From an uncultured Planctomycetia bacterium (GTDB lineage: Bacteria > Omnitrophota > Gorgyraeia > 2-02-FULL-51-18 > JAGOUK01): a stretch of DNA of 64,000 bases. Under the pieces are notes generated by a model, which did no database searches, was not told the DNA's origin, and saw nothing but the letters and a program-made list of their open reading frames with translations. The stretch covers positions 130,039 to 194,038 of the forward strand of contig CAYSFB010000003.1 of NCBI GenBank assembly GCA_964430735.1, written 5' to 3'. Shown piece by piece: positions 8,553 through 18,509 of the stretch (positions are counted from its first letter, which is position 1; each line of letters opens with the position of its first letter). Position numbers and translations under genes: made by a program.

Positions 8553-9322
8553 TTGGCCGGCACGGCCGAATGACCCCGGATCGCCTCGAAGGCGCCGTCC
8601 CAGAGGATTTTGCGGGCAAGGAGGGCTTTGGCGGAGCTGGCGGCGGCTTCGGACCACTTCCGTTCGTCGGCGCCGCAGAGCTCGGCGAGCATGCGTCCGG
8701 CGATCGGCCCATGCTCGCCGCCGTCGACGTCGATGTGGCGCTGAAGATAAAGGAGGAGCTCGCTCAACTTGGGGTTCGACGCGCTCAGGCCCTCGACGAC
8801 CCTGAAGAACATATCCGGGATCAGCGCCTCGCGGCCGATAAAAAAATACGCCGCCAGCTCGTGGTCCTTGCCGGTATCGATCACGTCGAAGGTGTTTTTG
8901 AGAAATTGCTCCACATGCGCGTTCGGCGCCAGCTGCGCCGGGTCCAGCTTGCTCGACACCGTCGAATAGTCATAAAAATCGGCAAACTCGCTCGTCCACG
9001 CGCCGGCCTGCTTCATCGCTCCGACATAAAGATCGTAGTGGCTGATGATGCGGCCGTCGGCGAGCTGATCCGCTTCTTCGCCCAGGACGATTTCGTTGAT
9101 CATCCGGACCAGCTTCGGATTGGCGCGCGGATGCCAGATGCGCTCGACGTTGGTGAAACGCCGCTGCAACTCCTTGAGCAGGCTCATAAAATCCCAGACC
9201 GCGTAGATGTGATACCGCATGAAGGTCCGCACATCGTCCGCGGTTCGGATCGTCGCGTAGAGCGGGTGCTCGAGAATGGTTCTTTGGAGGGGCTCAATGG
9301 CCCGGTCGAGTGCGTCGCGCAT
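8549..9322 (-). CDS. DUF3050 family protein (heme-oxygenase-like fold)
   Basis: LEHPLYATIRT..FMRYHIYAVWDFMSLLKELQ matches DUF3050 N-terminus. Confidence 0.6.
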   Translation of the reverse strand: MRDALDRAIEPLQRTILEHPLYATIRTADDVRTFMRYHIYAVWDFMSLLKELQRRFTNVERIWHPRANPKLVRMINEIVLGEEADQLADGRIISHYDLYVGAMKQAGAWTSEFADFYDYSTVSSKLDPAQLAPNAHVEQFLKNTFDVIDTGKDHELAAYFFIGREALIPDMFFRVVEGLSASNPKLSELLLYLQRHIDVDGGEHGPIAGRMLAELCGADERKWSEAAASSAKALLARKILWDGAFEAIRGHSAVPAK

Positions 9323-9372
9323 GGGGATTATTCTACTAAAAAGCCCGGGGCGGCGGTTATACTGATTCGAAC

Positions 9373-10182
9373 ATGACTTTGCCCACTCTCATTTATGGAA
9401 CGGCCTGGAAAAAAGAGGCGACCGCGGGCCTCGTGCGCGCGGCTATTCAGGCCGGCTTCCGCGCCATCGACACCGCCAATCAAAAAAAGCATTACCGCGA
9501 AGACTTCGCCGGCGAGGCGCTGGCGGACTTGAGCGTTTACGGGCTCAAGCGCGAAGACCTTTTTCTGCAGAGCAAGTACACGTATGTCGACGGCCAGGAT
9601 CATCGGCTGCCGTACGACCCGCACGCGGACTACGCGACCCAGGTCGCGCAATCGTTTGCATCGACCCTCGAACATCTCCACACCGACTATCTCGATTCGT
9701 ATCTGCTGCACGGTCCTCAATCGGCCGAAGAACTGACTTCCGGCGATTGGAGGGTCTGGGGCGCGATGGAGGCCTTGCGCGACGCCGGCCGAGTGCGCCG
9801 GATCGGGGTGAGCAACGTGAATCTGCGGCAACTGGAGGAGCTCTGCGCCAAGTCCCGTCTGCGGCCCGAGTTCGTACAGAACCGCTGTTATGCGATTCGG
9901 GGCTGGGACCGCTCCGTCCGCGAGTTCTGCCTGAAGAACGGCATCGTCTATCAGGGGTTTTCGCTGCTGACAGCCAACCCTCAAACGGTTCAGAGTCGGA
10001 CTGTCTCTGGGATCGCCCGGAAGTTTGGAGCGACGTCGGAGCAGGTGATTTTTGCTTTTGCTTCGGTGATCGGGATTCTGCCGCTGACGGGGACGACCGA
10101 CCCCCGACATATGCGCGAAGATTTGGAAGCCGCACGCATCCGGTTGTCTCCGGACGACATTGCTGGGATACTGGCAGCCTAA
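9373..10182 (+). CDS. aldo/keto reductase
   Basis: AKR signature (IDTANQKKHYREDFAGEAL ... RIGVSNVNLRQLEEL). Confidence 0.8.
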   Translation: MTLPTLIYGTAWKKEATAGLVRAAIQAGFRAIDTANQKKHYREDFAGEALADLSVYGLKREDLFLQSKYTYVDGQDHRLPYDPHADYATQVAQSFASTLEHLHTDYLDSYLLHGPQSAEELTSGDWRVWGAMEALRDAGRVRRIGVSNVNLRQLEELCAKSRLRPEFVQNRCYAIRGWDRSVREFCLKNGIVYQGFSLLTANPQTVQSRTVSGIARKFGATSEQVIFAFASVIGILPLTGTTDPRHMREDLEAARIRLSPDDIAGILAA

Positions 10183-10199
10183 ACGGGAAGGAACCGCTG

Positions 10200-10547
10200 A
10201 TGAAAAAGTGTCCGTTCTGCGCAGAGGAGATCCAGGACGCCGCCATCAAGTGCAAGCATTGCGGAGAATTCCTGCAGCGCCCTGCAGTCGCGCCCGCCCC
10301 AGCCGCGGGTCCGGCTATGAAGTGGTATTATAAAAACACGTCGCTCGCCGTCCTGTTCTTATGCGTGGGACCTTTGATGTTGCCGCTCGTTTGGCTCCAC
10401 CCCAAATTCAGCCGGATCGTCAAAATCGTCCTCACTGCCGCCATTCTCGTCCTGACGTATTACCTGACGATTGCTTTTGCGAACTCGGTGAAGTCCATCA
10501 TGAGCTATTACCGGGAGCTCCAGTCCGCAATCGCGGACATTTCCTAA
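10200..10547 (+). CDS. zinc-ribbon domain membrane protein
   Basis: MKKCPFCAEEI...CKHCGEFL CxxC-x-CxxC ribbon followed by two predicted TM helices. Confidence 0.6.
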   Translation: MKKCPFCAEEIQDAAIKCKHCGEFLQRPAVAPAPAAGPAMKWYYKNTSLAVLFLCVGPLMLPLVWLHPKFSRIVKIVLTAAILVLTYYLTIAFANSVKSIMSYYRELQSAIADIS

Positions 10548-10561
10548 GCCAAGGAGAATCG

Positions 10562-11257
10562 ATGATGCATCGCGCAGAGTTGCACGCAACAGACAAAATC
10601 GGATGGCTCCGTGCCGCGGTACTTGGAGCCAACGACGGCATTGTCTCGACTTCGAGTCTTGTGATCGGCGTTGCCGCGTCAAATGCGGGTCGTGAGAATA
10701 TCTGGCTCGCCGGGCTCGCAGGGTTGATTGCCGGCGCGATGTCGATGGCCGCGGGTGAATATGTATCGGTCAGCTCGCAGGCGGATACGGAAAAGGCCGA
10801 CCGGGAGCGCGAAATGCAGGAACTCAAGACCGACGAAGCCTTCGAGCGGGAAGAGCTGGCTCAAATTTACGTGAAGCGGGGGCTGACCGTCGATCTCGCC
10901 CGCGAAGTCTCCCGCCAACTCATGGCGCACGACGCGCTCGGAGCCCACCTGAGAGACGAACTGGGCATTACCGATACGCTCAAGGCGCGACCGATTCAAG
11001 CGGCGCTTTTTTCGGCCGCCGCGTTTACGCTGGGCGGAATTCTCCCGGTTCTCATGGTGCACGCGGTTCCGGGAGACGTACTGGTCTCTGTTTTGGCATT
11101 CAGCTCGCTGTTGCTGCTGGGGGTCACGGGCGCGGTTGCCGCAAAGATCGGTCGCGCGCCGGTTCTCAAATCCTGTCTTCGGGTCGTCTTCTGGGGTGCG
11201 CTGGCGATGGCCGTCACCGCCGGTGTCGGGCGGCTCTTTGGAGCGGTTGTCGGATGA
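10562..11257 (+). CDS. VIT1/CCC1 family Fe/Mn transporter
   Basis: LGANDGIVSTSSLVIGVAAS and C-terminal TM bundle typical of VIT family; AAGGAGA RBS. Confidence 0.8.
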   Translation: MMHRAELHATDKIGWLRAAVLGANDGIVSTSSLVIGVAASNAGRENIWLAGLAGLIAGAMSMAAGEYVSVSSQADTEKADREREMQELKTDEAFEREELAQIYVKRGLTVDLAREVSRQLMAHDALGAHLRDELGITDTLKARPIQAALFSAAAFTLGGILPVLMVHAVPGDVLVSVLAFSSLLLLGVTGAVAAKIGRAPVLKSCLRVVFWGALAMAVTAGVGRLFGAVVG

Positions 11258-12219
11258 GCCGGCCATCGCTGCATGCGGCCGGCGGACACGATCACGTGTT
11301 CGGCCAGGACCAGAAACGGCCGGGGGAATCCCGCACCTTTACCGTCGTCGCCGTGACCGCCGTCATGATGGTCGTCGAAATCGGCTTCGGCGTTGCCTCG
11401 GGTTCGATGGCGCTTCTGGCCGACGGACTCCACATGGCCTCTCATGCCGCCGCGCTTGGAATCAATCTATTTGCGTATCATTACGCCCGGCGTCATGCAC
11501 GCAGCGAACGCTTCAGCTTCGGCACGGGGAAGGTGAACGCGCTTGGCGGTTACTCCGGCGCGGTTCTTCTCGGTGCGTTTGCGGCGGTCATGATCTGGGA
11601 AAGCGCCGTGCGATTTTTTGCTCCCGTGGAGATCCAGTACTCCCAAGCCATCGCGGTGGCGGTCATCGGGCTCGTGGTGAACGGCGCGTCGGTCTTTATC
11701 CTTCAACACGAGGATGACGGTCACGCTCACCCCCACGAACATGACGCCAATGGCGATCATCCCGACCATCATCACGAGCATCATCATGACCACAACCTGA
11801 AGTCCGCTTATCTGCACGTGCTTGCGGATGCGCTCACGTCCATTCTGGCGATCGGCGCGCTTCTGACAGCTAAATACCTGGGGTGGGTCTGGATGGATCC
11901 GCTGATGGGGGTGGTCGGCGCCGTTTTGATCCTGCGCTGGTCGGCCGGTCTTCTCAGAACGTCCTCGGCCGTGTTATTGGATCATCAGGGGCCGGACGCG
12001 ATCCGGCAAAGAATTCGCCGCAGCGTCGAGGCCGGGGGAGGGGCGCGGGTGACGGATCTGCATCTGTGGACGATCGCCCCCAGGCACTATGCGGCAATCC
12101 TCACGGTGTCGGCGGCCTCACCTCGGCCGGCGGATTATTACCGCTCTCTCATTCCGTTGGACCTCCGCATCAGCCACATCACGATCGAAGTGGTTGCGGC
12201 GACTTCCGATCGCGGCTAA
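11254..12219 (+). CDS. cation diffusion facilitator transporter (CzcD/ZitB-like) with His-rich loop
   Basis: CDF TM signature plus HEDDGHAHPHEHDANGDHPDHHHEHHHDH loop; ATGA overlap with VIT. Confidence 0.85.
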   Translation: MSRPSLHAAGGHDHVFGQDQKRPGESRTFTVVAVTAVMMVVEIGFGVASGSMALLADGLHMASHAAALGINLFAYHYARRHARSERFSFGTGKVNALGGYSGAVLLGAFAAVMIWESAVRFFAPVEIQYSQAIAVAVIGLVVNGASVFILQHEDDGHAHPHEHDANGDHPDHHHEHHHDHNLKSAYLHVLADALTSILAIGALLTAKYLGWVWMDPLMGVVGAVLILRWSAGLLRTSSAVLLDHQGPDAIRQRIRRSVEAGGGARVTDLHLWTIAPRHYAAILTVSAASPRPADYYRSLIPLDLRISHITIEVVAATSDRG

Positions 12220-12428
12220 AGGATGGATTCCGGGACCGCTGAGGCTCCGAAGAGTCCGTCGTGAACTTCGATTTCGGTCAAAAGATTCCGGACGATCTCG
12301 TCGCGGCTGGTTTGGGGCTCCAAAATGGGCAACCCGACTCCAGATCGTTGAGCTGCCGCCAGCTGCTCCTGCTTCAGAATCCAGGCATGAACGGTGTATT
12401 CCATACGCCAGTTGACTCGGTCTTCCAT
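12216..12428 (-). CDS. small hypothetical protein (70 aa)
   Basis: ATG preceded by GGAGGA RBS at 5 nt; no homology recognised. Confidence 0.3.
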   Translation of the reverse strand: MEDRVNWRMEYTVHAWILKQEQLAAAQRSGVGLPILEPQTSRDEIVRNLLTEIEVHDGLFGASAVPESIL

Positions 12429-12559
12429 GATTCCTCCTCGACTTACTTCAGTGCCGAAGCATTTCCGCGCACACCTGCGCTTCTTCGATGATGATTGTCT
12501 CTTTTTCGTGTTACGGCCGTGTAAAGGGCCGGTTAAGCTCAAAAGACCGCCGGCGGGAC

Positions 12560-12587
12560 TTGACAACTCTTCGCCAAACTGTAGAAT
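12560..12587 (+). promoter_or_regulatory. sigma70-type promoter TTGACA-16 nt-TAGAAT for groESL
   Basis: Read directly; immediately upstream of CIRCE. Confidence 0.5.
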
Positions 12588-12596
12588 AACGGCCTG

Positions 12597-12623
12597 CTAG
12601 CACTCATCTTTATCGAGTGCTAA
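12597..12623 (+). promoter_or_regulatory. CIRCE element (HrcA operator) CTAGCACTC-N9-GAGTGCTAA
   Basis: Near-perfect match to TTAGCACTC-N9-GAGTGCTAA consensus, 37 nt upstream of groES. Confidence 0.85.
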
Positions 12624-12659
12624 CACCTTTTCAAGCAACCAATACAGGGAGTAACTCAC

Positions 12660-14668
<2,009 letters not shown>

Positions 14669-14704
14669 ACCTCCGGTCTTCCGAGACCTGATTCCAGTTC
14701 GTCA

Positions 14705-14746
14705 GAACCCCCGGCGTTCGCACGAGCGCCGGGGGTTCTTCTTTTA
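14705..14746 (+). terminator. rho-independent terminator after groEL
   Basis: 12-bp GC stem GAACCCCCGGCG/CGCCGGGGGTTC, 9-nt loop, then TTCTTTTAT. Confidence 0.6.
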
Positions 14747-14761
14747 TATAATAGGCAAACC

Positions 14762-16294
14762 GTGGACCTCCGACCCTACCTTCAATTCAACCGCAATATT
14801 TCGAGCCGGATCACTCGCCTCCTCGTCCGGACGCCGGTCACGCCGAATCTCATCACGCTGACCGGGCTCGGATTCGGCATCGCCGCCGGTTGGAACATGG
14901 CGGGCGGAACGCGTTGGGATCTCCTGGCCGGTGCGGCGCTGCTCCACCTCGCGTTCATTCTGGACAACTGCGATGGCGAATTGGCGCGCCTGACCGGTCG
15001 CGCCAGTCGGTTCGGAAAACGCCTCGATATGACCTGCGACCTCCTGGTTGACTTTGCGCTTTGGACGGGCCTTGGGTTCGGGGCGTGGGCGCAAAACGGC
15101 CATCACGCATGGGCTTTGGCCGGATTGGCCGCTGCCGCGGGTTCCGTGATCAATTTTTGTATGGTGATTTATGAGCGCCGGAATGGCCACAGCACATCCG
15201 GACACATGCGCGGACAGATGGCCGACGATGTCCGCAACAGCACGTCCCACTCAATTCTCGAAACGCTCTGCCACAACGGCGATGTGATCGCGCTGGTCTG
15301 GATTCTGTCGGCGCTGGGCAGTCCGGCACTTTTTTTAATCATGGGCAGCGTGTACATTCATCTGCTCTGGATCTTCCGGAGCTCCCGTTATTTTCCGCGG
15401 CAATCACAATGGTCACTGCAAGCAGTCTTTGGCGCGGCCGGAATTTATCTTTTGTACCTGTGCACCCGGGACATTTCGTGGGTTCAGCTTGGAGTCTATG
15501 CGCGGAACGCCGGATGGGGGATGATCTTCGCTTTTCTGGTGTTTCCGTTCGTCACGGTGTTCCATACGCTGGGATTGTATTACTTGCTCCCGGCTGCGAG
15601 CCGGGCGAGGCTTTCTTTCCGGCGCGTGTACCGCATCTCGCTGTTCGGCGAAGCCGTGAATAAAATTACGCCGTTCGTCGACATCGGCGGGGAGCCGATC
15701 AAGGTCCGGATGCTGGCTCAAACGGGCGCGGTCCAGGCGCTGCAGTCGGCGCGCGCCGTATGGGCTTCGCGGGTTCTGTTCATCGTCAGCGAAGCGGTTT
15801 ACCTGATCCCCGCGCTTGCGCTGCTCATCCTGATTTATCCTTCGCACCATTTTGCCTGGATCGGCGGCCTGGCCATTTTATTCTCATCGATCTATGCCGC
15901 GATCGTATATGCGCTCCAGCGCAAAGCGGTCGGTCCGGTCGGCGACGGGGCCAATCTGCCGCTCGCGTTCGTGTGGCACCTGGCCGGCTGGTTCGCTTTT
16001 TCGCTCGAGGCCTATCTGATCCTTCGGCTGATGGGAATCCCGGTGGACGCGCTGCAGGCCTTCTTGATCCAGGCGTTCCTGCAGGTGATCACGACGGTGA
16101 GTTTTTTCATTCCCGCCAATATCGGCGCGCAGGAGGGCGGGCTGGCGTTTTTTCTGCGACATCTGGGATTCACGTCCGAAGGCGGTGTGGCCTTGAGCCT
16201 TCTGAAGCGCGTGCGCCAATTTTTCTGGGCCGCCGTCGGCTTCGCCGTTTTTGCCGTTTCCAAAAAAATTCTGAGGAGCGTTCAAAATGCCTAA
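14762..16294 (+). CDS. fusion protein: CDP-alcohol phosphatidyltransferase domain + lysyl-phosphatidylglycerol-synthase-like (UPF0104/flippase-like) TM domain
   Basis: N-terminal D-x2-DG-x2-AR-x8-G-x3-D-x3-D motif (DNCDGELARLTGRASRFGKRLDMTCDLLVD); C-terminal ~300 aa multi-TM region; GTG start. Confidence 0.7.
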   Translation: MDLRPYLQFNRNISSRITRLLVRTPVTPNLITLTGLGFGIAAGWNMAGGTRWDLLAGAALLHLAFILDNCDGELARLTGRASRFGKRLDMTCDLLVDFALWTGLGFGAWAQNGHHAWALAGLAAAAGSVINFCMVIYERRNGHSTSGHMRGQMADDVRNSTSHSILETLCHNGDVIALVWILSALGSPALFLIMGSVYIHLLWIFRSSRYFPRQSQWSLQAVFGAAGIYLLYLCTRDISWVQLGVYARNAGWGMIFAFLVFPFVTVFHTLGLYYLLPAASRARLSFRRVYRISLFGEAVNKITPFVDIGGEPIKVRMLAQTGAVQALQSARAVWASRVLFIVSEAVYLIPALALLILIYPSHHFAWIGGLAILFSSIYAAIVYALQRKAVGPVGDGANLPLAFVWHLAGWFAFSLEAYLILRLMGIPVDALQAFLIQAFLQVITTVSFFIPANIGAQEGGLAFFLRHLGFTSEGGVALSLLKRVRQFFWAAVGFAVFAVSKKILRSVQNA

Positions 16295-16874
16295 AGTGTG
16301 TTTTATCCGTCACGCAGAAAGTGAAGCGAACGTCGGGGCCCGGACACAGGACCCGGGATTGATTCCGCTCACTCCCAACGGCGTCCGCCAGGCGGAAGAG
16401 CTCGCCCGGACAATCATCGCGGCACCCGAACTCATCATTACGACTCGGTACAGCCGAACCGTGGATACGGCCGCGCCTACGGTGCGCAAATTCCCGAACG
16501 TCCCGCGTGAGATCTGGGGCTTCCACGAGTTCACTTATCTCGCTCCGTCGAAGATCATGGATACGACCTTTGCCGAGCGGACGCCGCTGGCCGAGGCCTA
16601 TTGGCGCAACGGTGACCCGCTGTATCGGGACGGGGATGACGCCGAATCATTTGCCGATTTCGTGGCGCGCTGTACGGCCGAGGTTCGGCGCCTCCGCGCG
16701 CTGCCCCGCGGCCCGATACTCGTCTTCAGCCACATTCAGACCATCACCGCCGTCAAATGGATTGCAGCCGGGCGGCTCGAGGGCCCGCTCAATCAAAAAA
16801 CCATGCATGATTTTCGCGCGTATCTGATTGCGTGTCCGGTCAAAAACTGCGAAAAGGTGGAATTTGATCTCTAA
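16287..16874 (+). CDS. histidine phosphatase family protein (phosphoglycerate-mutase-like)
   Basis: N-terminal FIRHAESEAN (RHG-like catalytic motif); 8-nt overlap with upstream fusion gene. Confidence 0.7.
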   Translation: MPKVCFIRHAESEANVGARTQDPGLIPLTPNGVRQAEELARTIIAAPELIITTRYSRTVDTAAPTVRKFPNVPREIWGFHEFTYLAPSKIMDTTFAERTPLAEAYWRNGDPLYRDGDDAESFADFVARCTAEVRRLRALPRGPILVFSHIQTITAVKWIAAGRLEGPLNQKTMHDFRAYLIACPVKNCEKVEFDL

Positions 16875-16889
16875 CCCGGAAGAAGTCGG

Positions 16890-17808
16890 ATGCTGAACTC
16901 GTTGACCAATCTCTTCCCGGTTTGGGTTCTGATCGGCGCGGCGCTCGCGTTGTGGAAGCCGGCGCTGTTCGCCTGGTTATCGGGCCCGCTCATCCCGTGG
17001 GGCCTGGCCGTCATCATGCTGGGAATGGGGCTCACACTTTCGGCCAAAGACTTTGAAGGCGTCTTCAAGGATCCCAAGCGGGTCGCGCTCGGCGTTGTGC
17101 TCCAATACACGGTGATGCCGTCGCTCGGCTGGGCGCTCGGTTATGCTTTTCGGCTTCCCGCGCCGCTGGCCGTCGGGCTCGTCCTCGTCTCGTCCTGTCC
17201 GGGCGGCACCGCATCGAATGTTGTCACGTATCTCGCCAAAGCCGACGTTGCCCTGTCCGTCACCATGACGGCCGTATCGACTCTGATCGCCGTCGTCCTG
17301 ACGCCGCTTTTTACCGAATGGCTCGCCGGAAGCCGGATCGACGTGAACGGGTGGGGCCTGTTTTGGAGCACGGTTCAGGTCGTGATTTTGCCGATCGCGG
17401 CCGGTGTTCTCATGAACCGATTTCTGCCGTCCGTGACGCGCCGCCTCCTGCCGGTCAGTCCGCTGGTGGCAGTGCTCTTCATCACGCTCATCTGCTCGAG
17501 CATCGTCGGACAGGGGGAAGGCGGAGATCCTCACCGCCGGCTGGGCGCTCATCGGCGCCGTCTTCAGCCTCCACGCCCTCGGATTCTTCTTCGGCTATCT
17601 CCTGGCGCATCTGACGGCGCGGGACCGCGTCACGTCGCGCACCGTCTCCATCGAGGTCGGAATGCAGAATTCCGGGCTTGGCGCCGTGCTCGCGCGGCAG
17701 AACTTCACGGACCCGATGGTCGCGATCCCGAGCGCCATCTCGAGCGTCTTTCATTCGGTCATCGCCAGCGCCCTGGCCGCCGTGTGGAGCCGGACCGGCC
17801 GCCGATGA
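16890..17808 (+). pseudogene. bile acid:sodium symporter (BASS) family transporter with apparent +1 frameshift near 17510-17525
   Basis: Frame 0 encodes BASS N-terminal helices to ...CSSIVGQ; conserved C-terminus (AEILTAGWALIG...EVGMQNSGLGAVLA...) continues in frame +1 to TGA 17806-17808. Confidence 0.55.
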
Positions 17809-18509
17809 ACTCCGGCCCGGTCGAGATCGGCGGCATCCCGATCGATTTGGTCCGCAAACGGATCAAATACCTCAATCTCACGATCTATCCGCCGGACGGC
17901 CGAGTCCGTGTCGCCGCGCCGACCCGGGCGAGCGACCGGGACATCCGGGATTTTGTCCTGAGCCGCAGGGATTGGATCGAGCGGCAGCGGGAACGGGTCC
18001 GCCGCTTTCCGGCAGCGCCGGTCCTGAATTACCAAACCGGCGAATCACACCCGTTCCGCGGCGAACAGTACCGGCTCGAAGTCGTCGAGTCCGAGGGGCG
18101 GAGAGCCCGCGTCGAACACGATCCCGACGAGCGCCGGATCCGCCTCATCGTTCCTCCCGGCGCATCGCGGGCCGAGCGCGAAAAAGCACTCCTTAAGTGG
18201 TACCGGGACGAGCTCGTGCGGCTGGTTCCGCCGGTGCTGGCCCGCTGGGAGTCGATCGCCGGCGTCGAAGCGCACACCTGGGGCGTGAAGCGGATGAAAA
18301 CCAAGTGGGGGACGTGCAACACCAGGGCCCGGCGGATCTGGATCAGCCTCGAATTGATAAAAAAACCCTCAATCTGCCTCGACTATATTATGATTCACGA
18401 GCTCACGCACCTTCACGAAGCGGGCCATGGCCCGCGCTTCAAGTCGCTGATGGACCGGTTCATGCCGGATTGGCGCACACACCGGGAGACGCTCAAGACA
18501 TGGCGCTGA
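17805..18509 (+). CDS. DUF45/YgjP-like (M48-related, SprT-like) metal-dependent hydrolase
   Basis: C-terminal IMIHELTHLHEAGHGPRF motif; ATGA overlap with BASS stop. Confidence 0.7.
   Translation: MNSGPVEIGGIPIDLVRKRIKYLNLTIYPPDGRVRVAAPTRASDRDIRDFVLSRRDWIERQRERVRRFPAAPVLNYQTGESHPFRGEQYRLEVVESEGRRARVEHDPDERRIRLIVPPGASRAEREKALLKWYRDELVRLVPPVLARWESIAGVEAHTWGVKRMKTKWGTCNTRARRIWISLELIKKPSICLDYIMIHELTHLHEAGHGPRFKSLMDRFMPDWRTHRETLKTWR

Noticed and set aside
8570-9376. 268-aa plus-strand ORF antisense to DUF3050
   Set aside because: Shadow ORF with G/A/R-rich low complexity.
10548-10561. yybP-ykoY Mn riboswitch before the VIT transporter
   Set aside because: The intergenic gap is only 14 nt, too short for the aptamer.
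12261-12491. 76-aa plus-strand ORF between CDF and groES
   Set aside because: No RBS, and it overlaps the better-supported minus-strand small ORF and the groES promoter region.
16890-18509. Single 539-aa ORF spanning BASS N-terminus and DUF45
   Set aside because: Chimeric read-through caused by a frameshift in the BASS gene. The DUF45 protein has its own ATG at 17805, overlapping the true BASS stop in the +1 frame.
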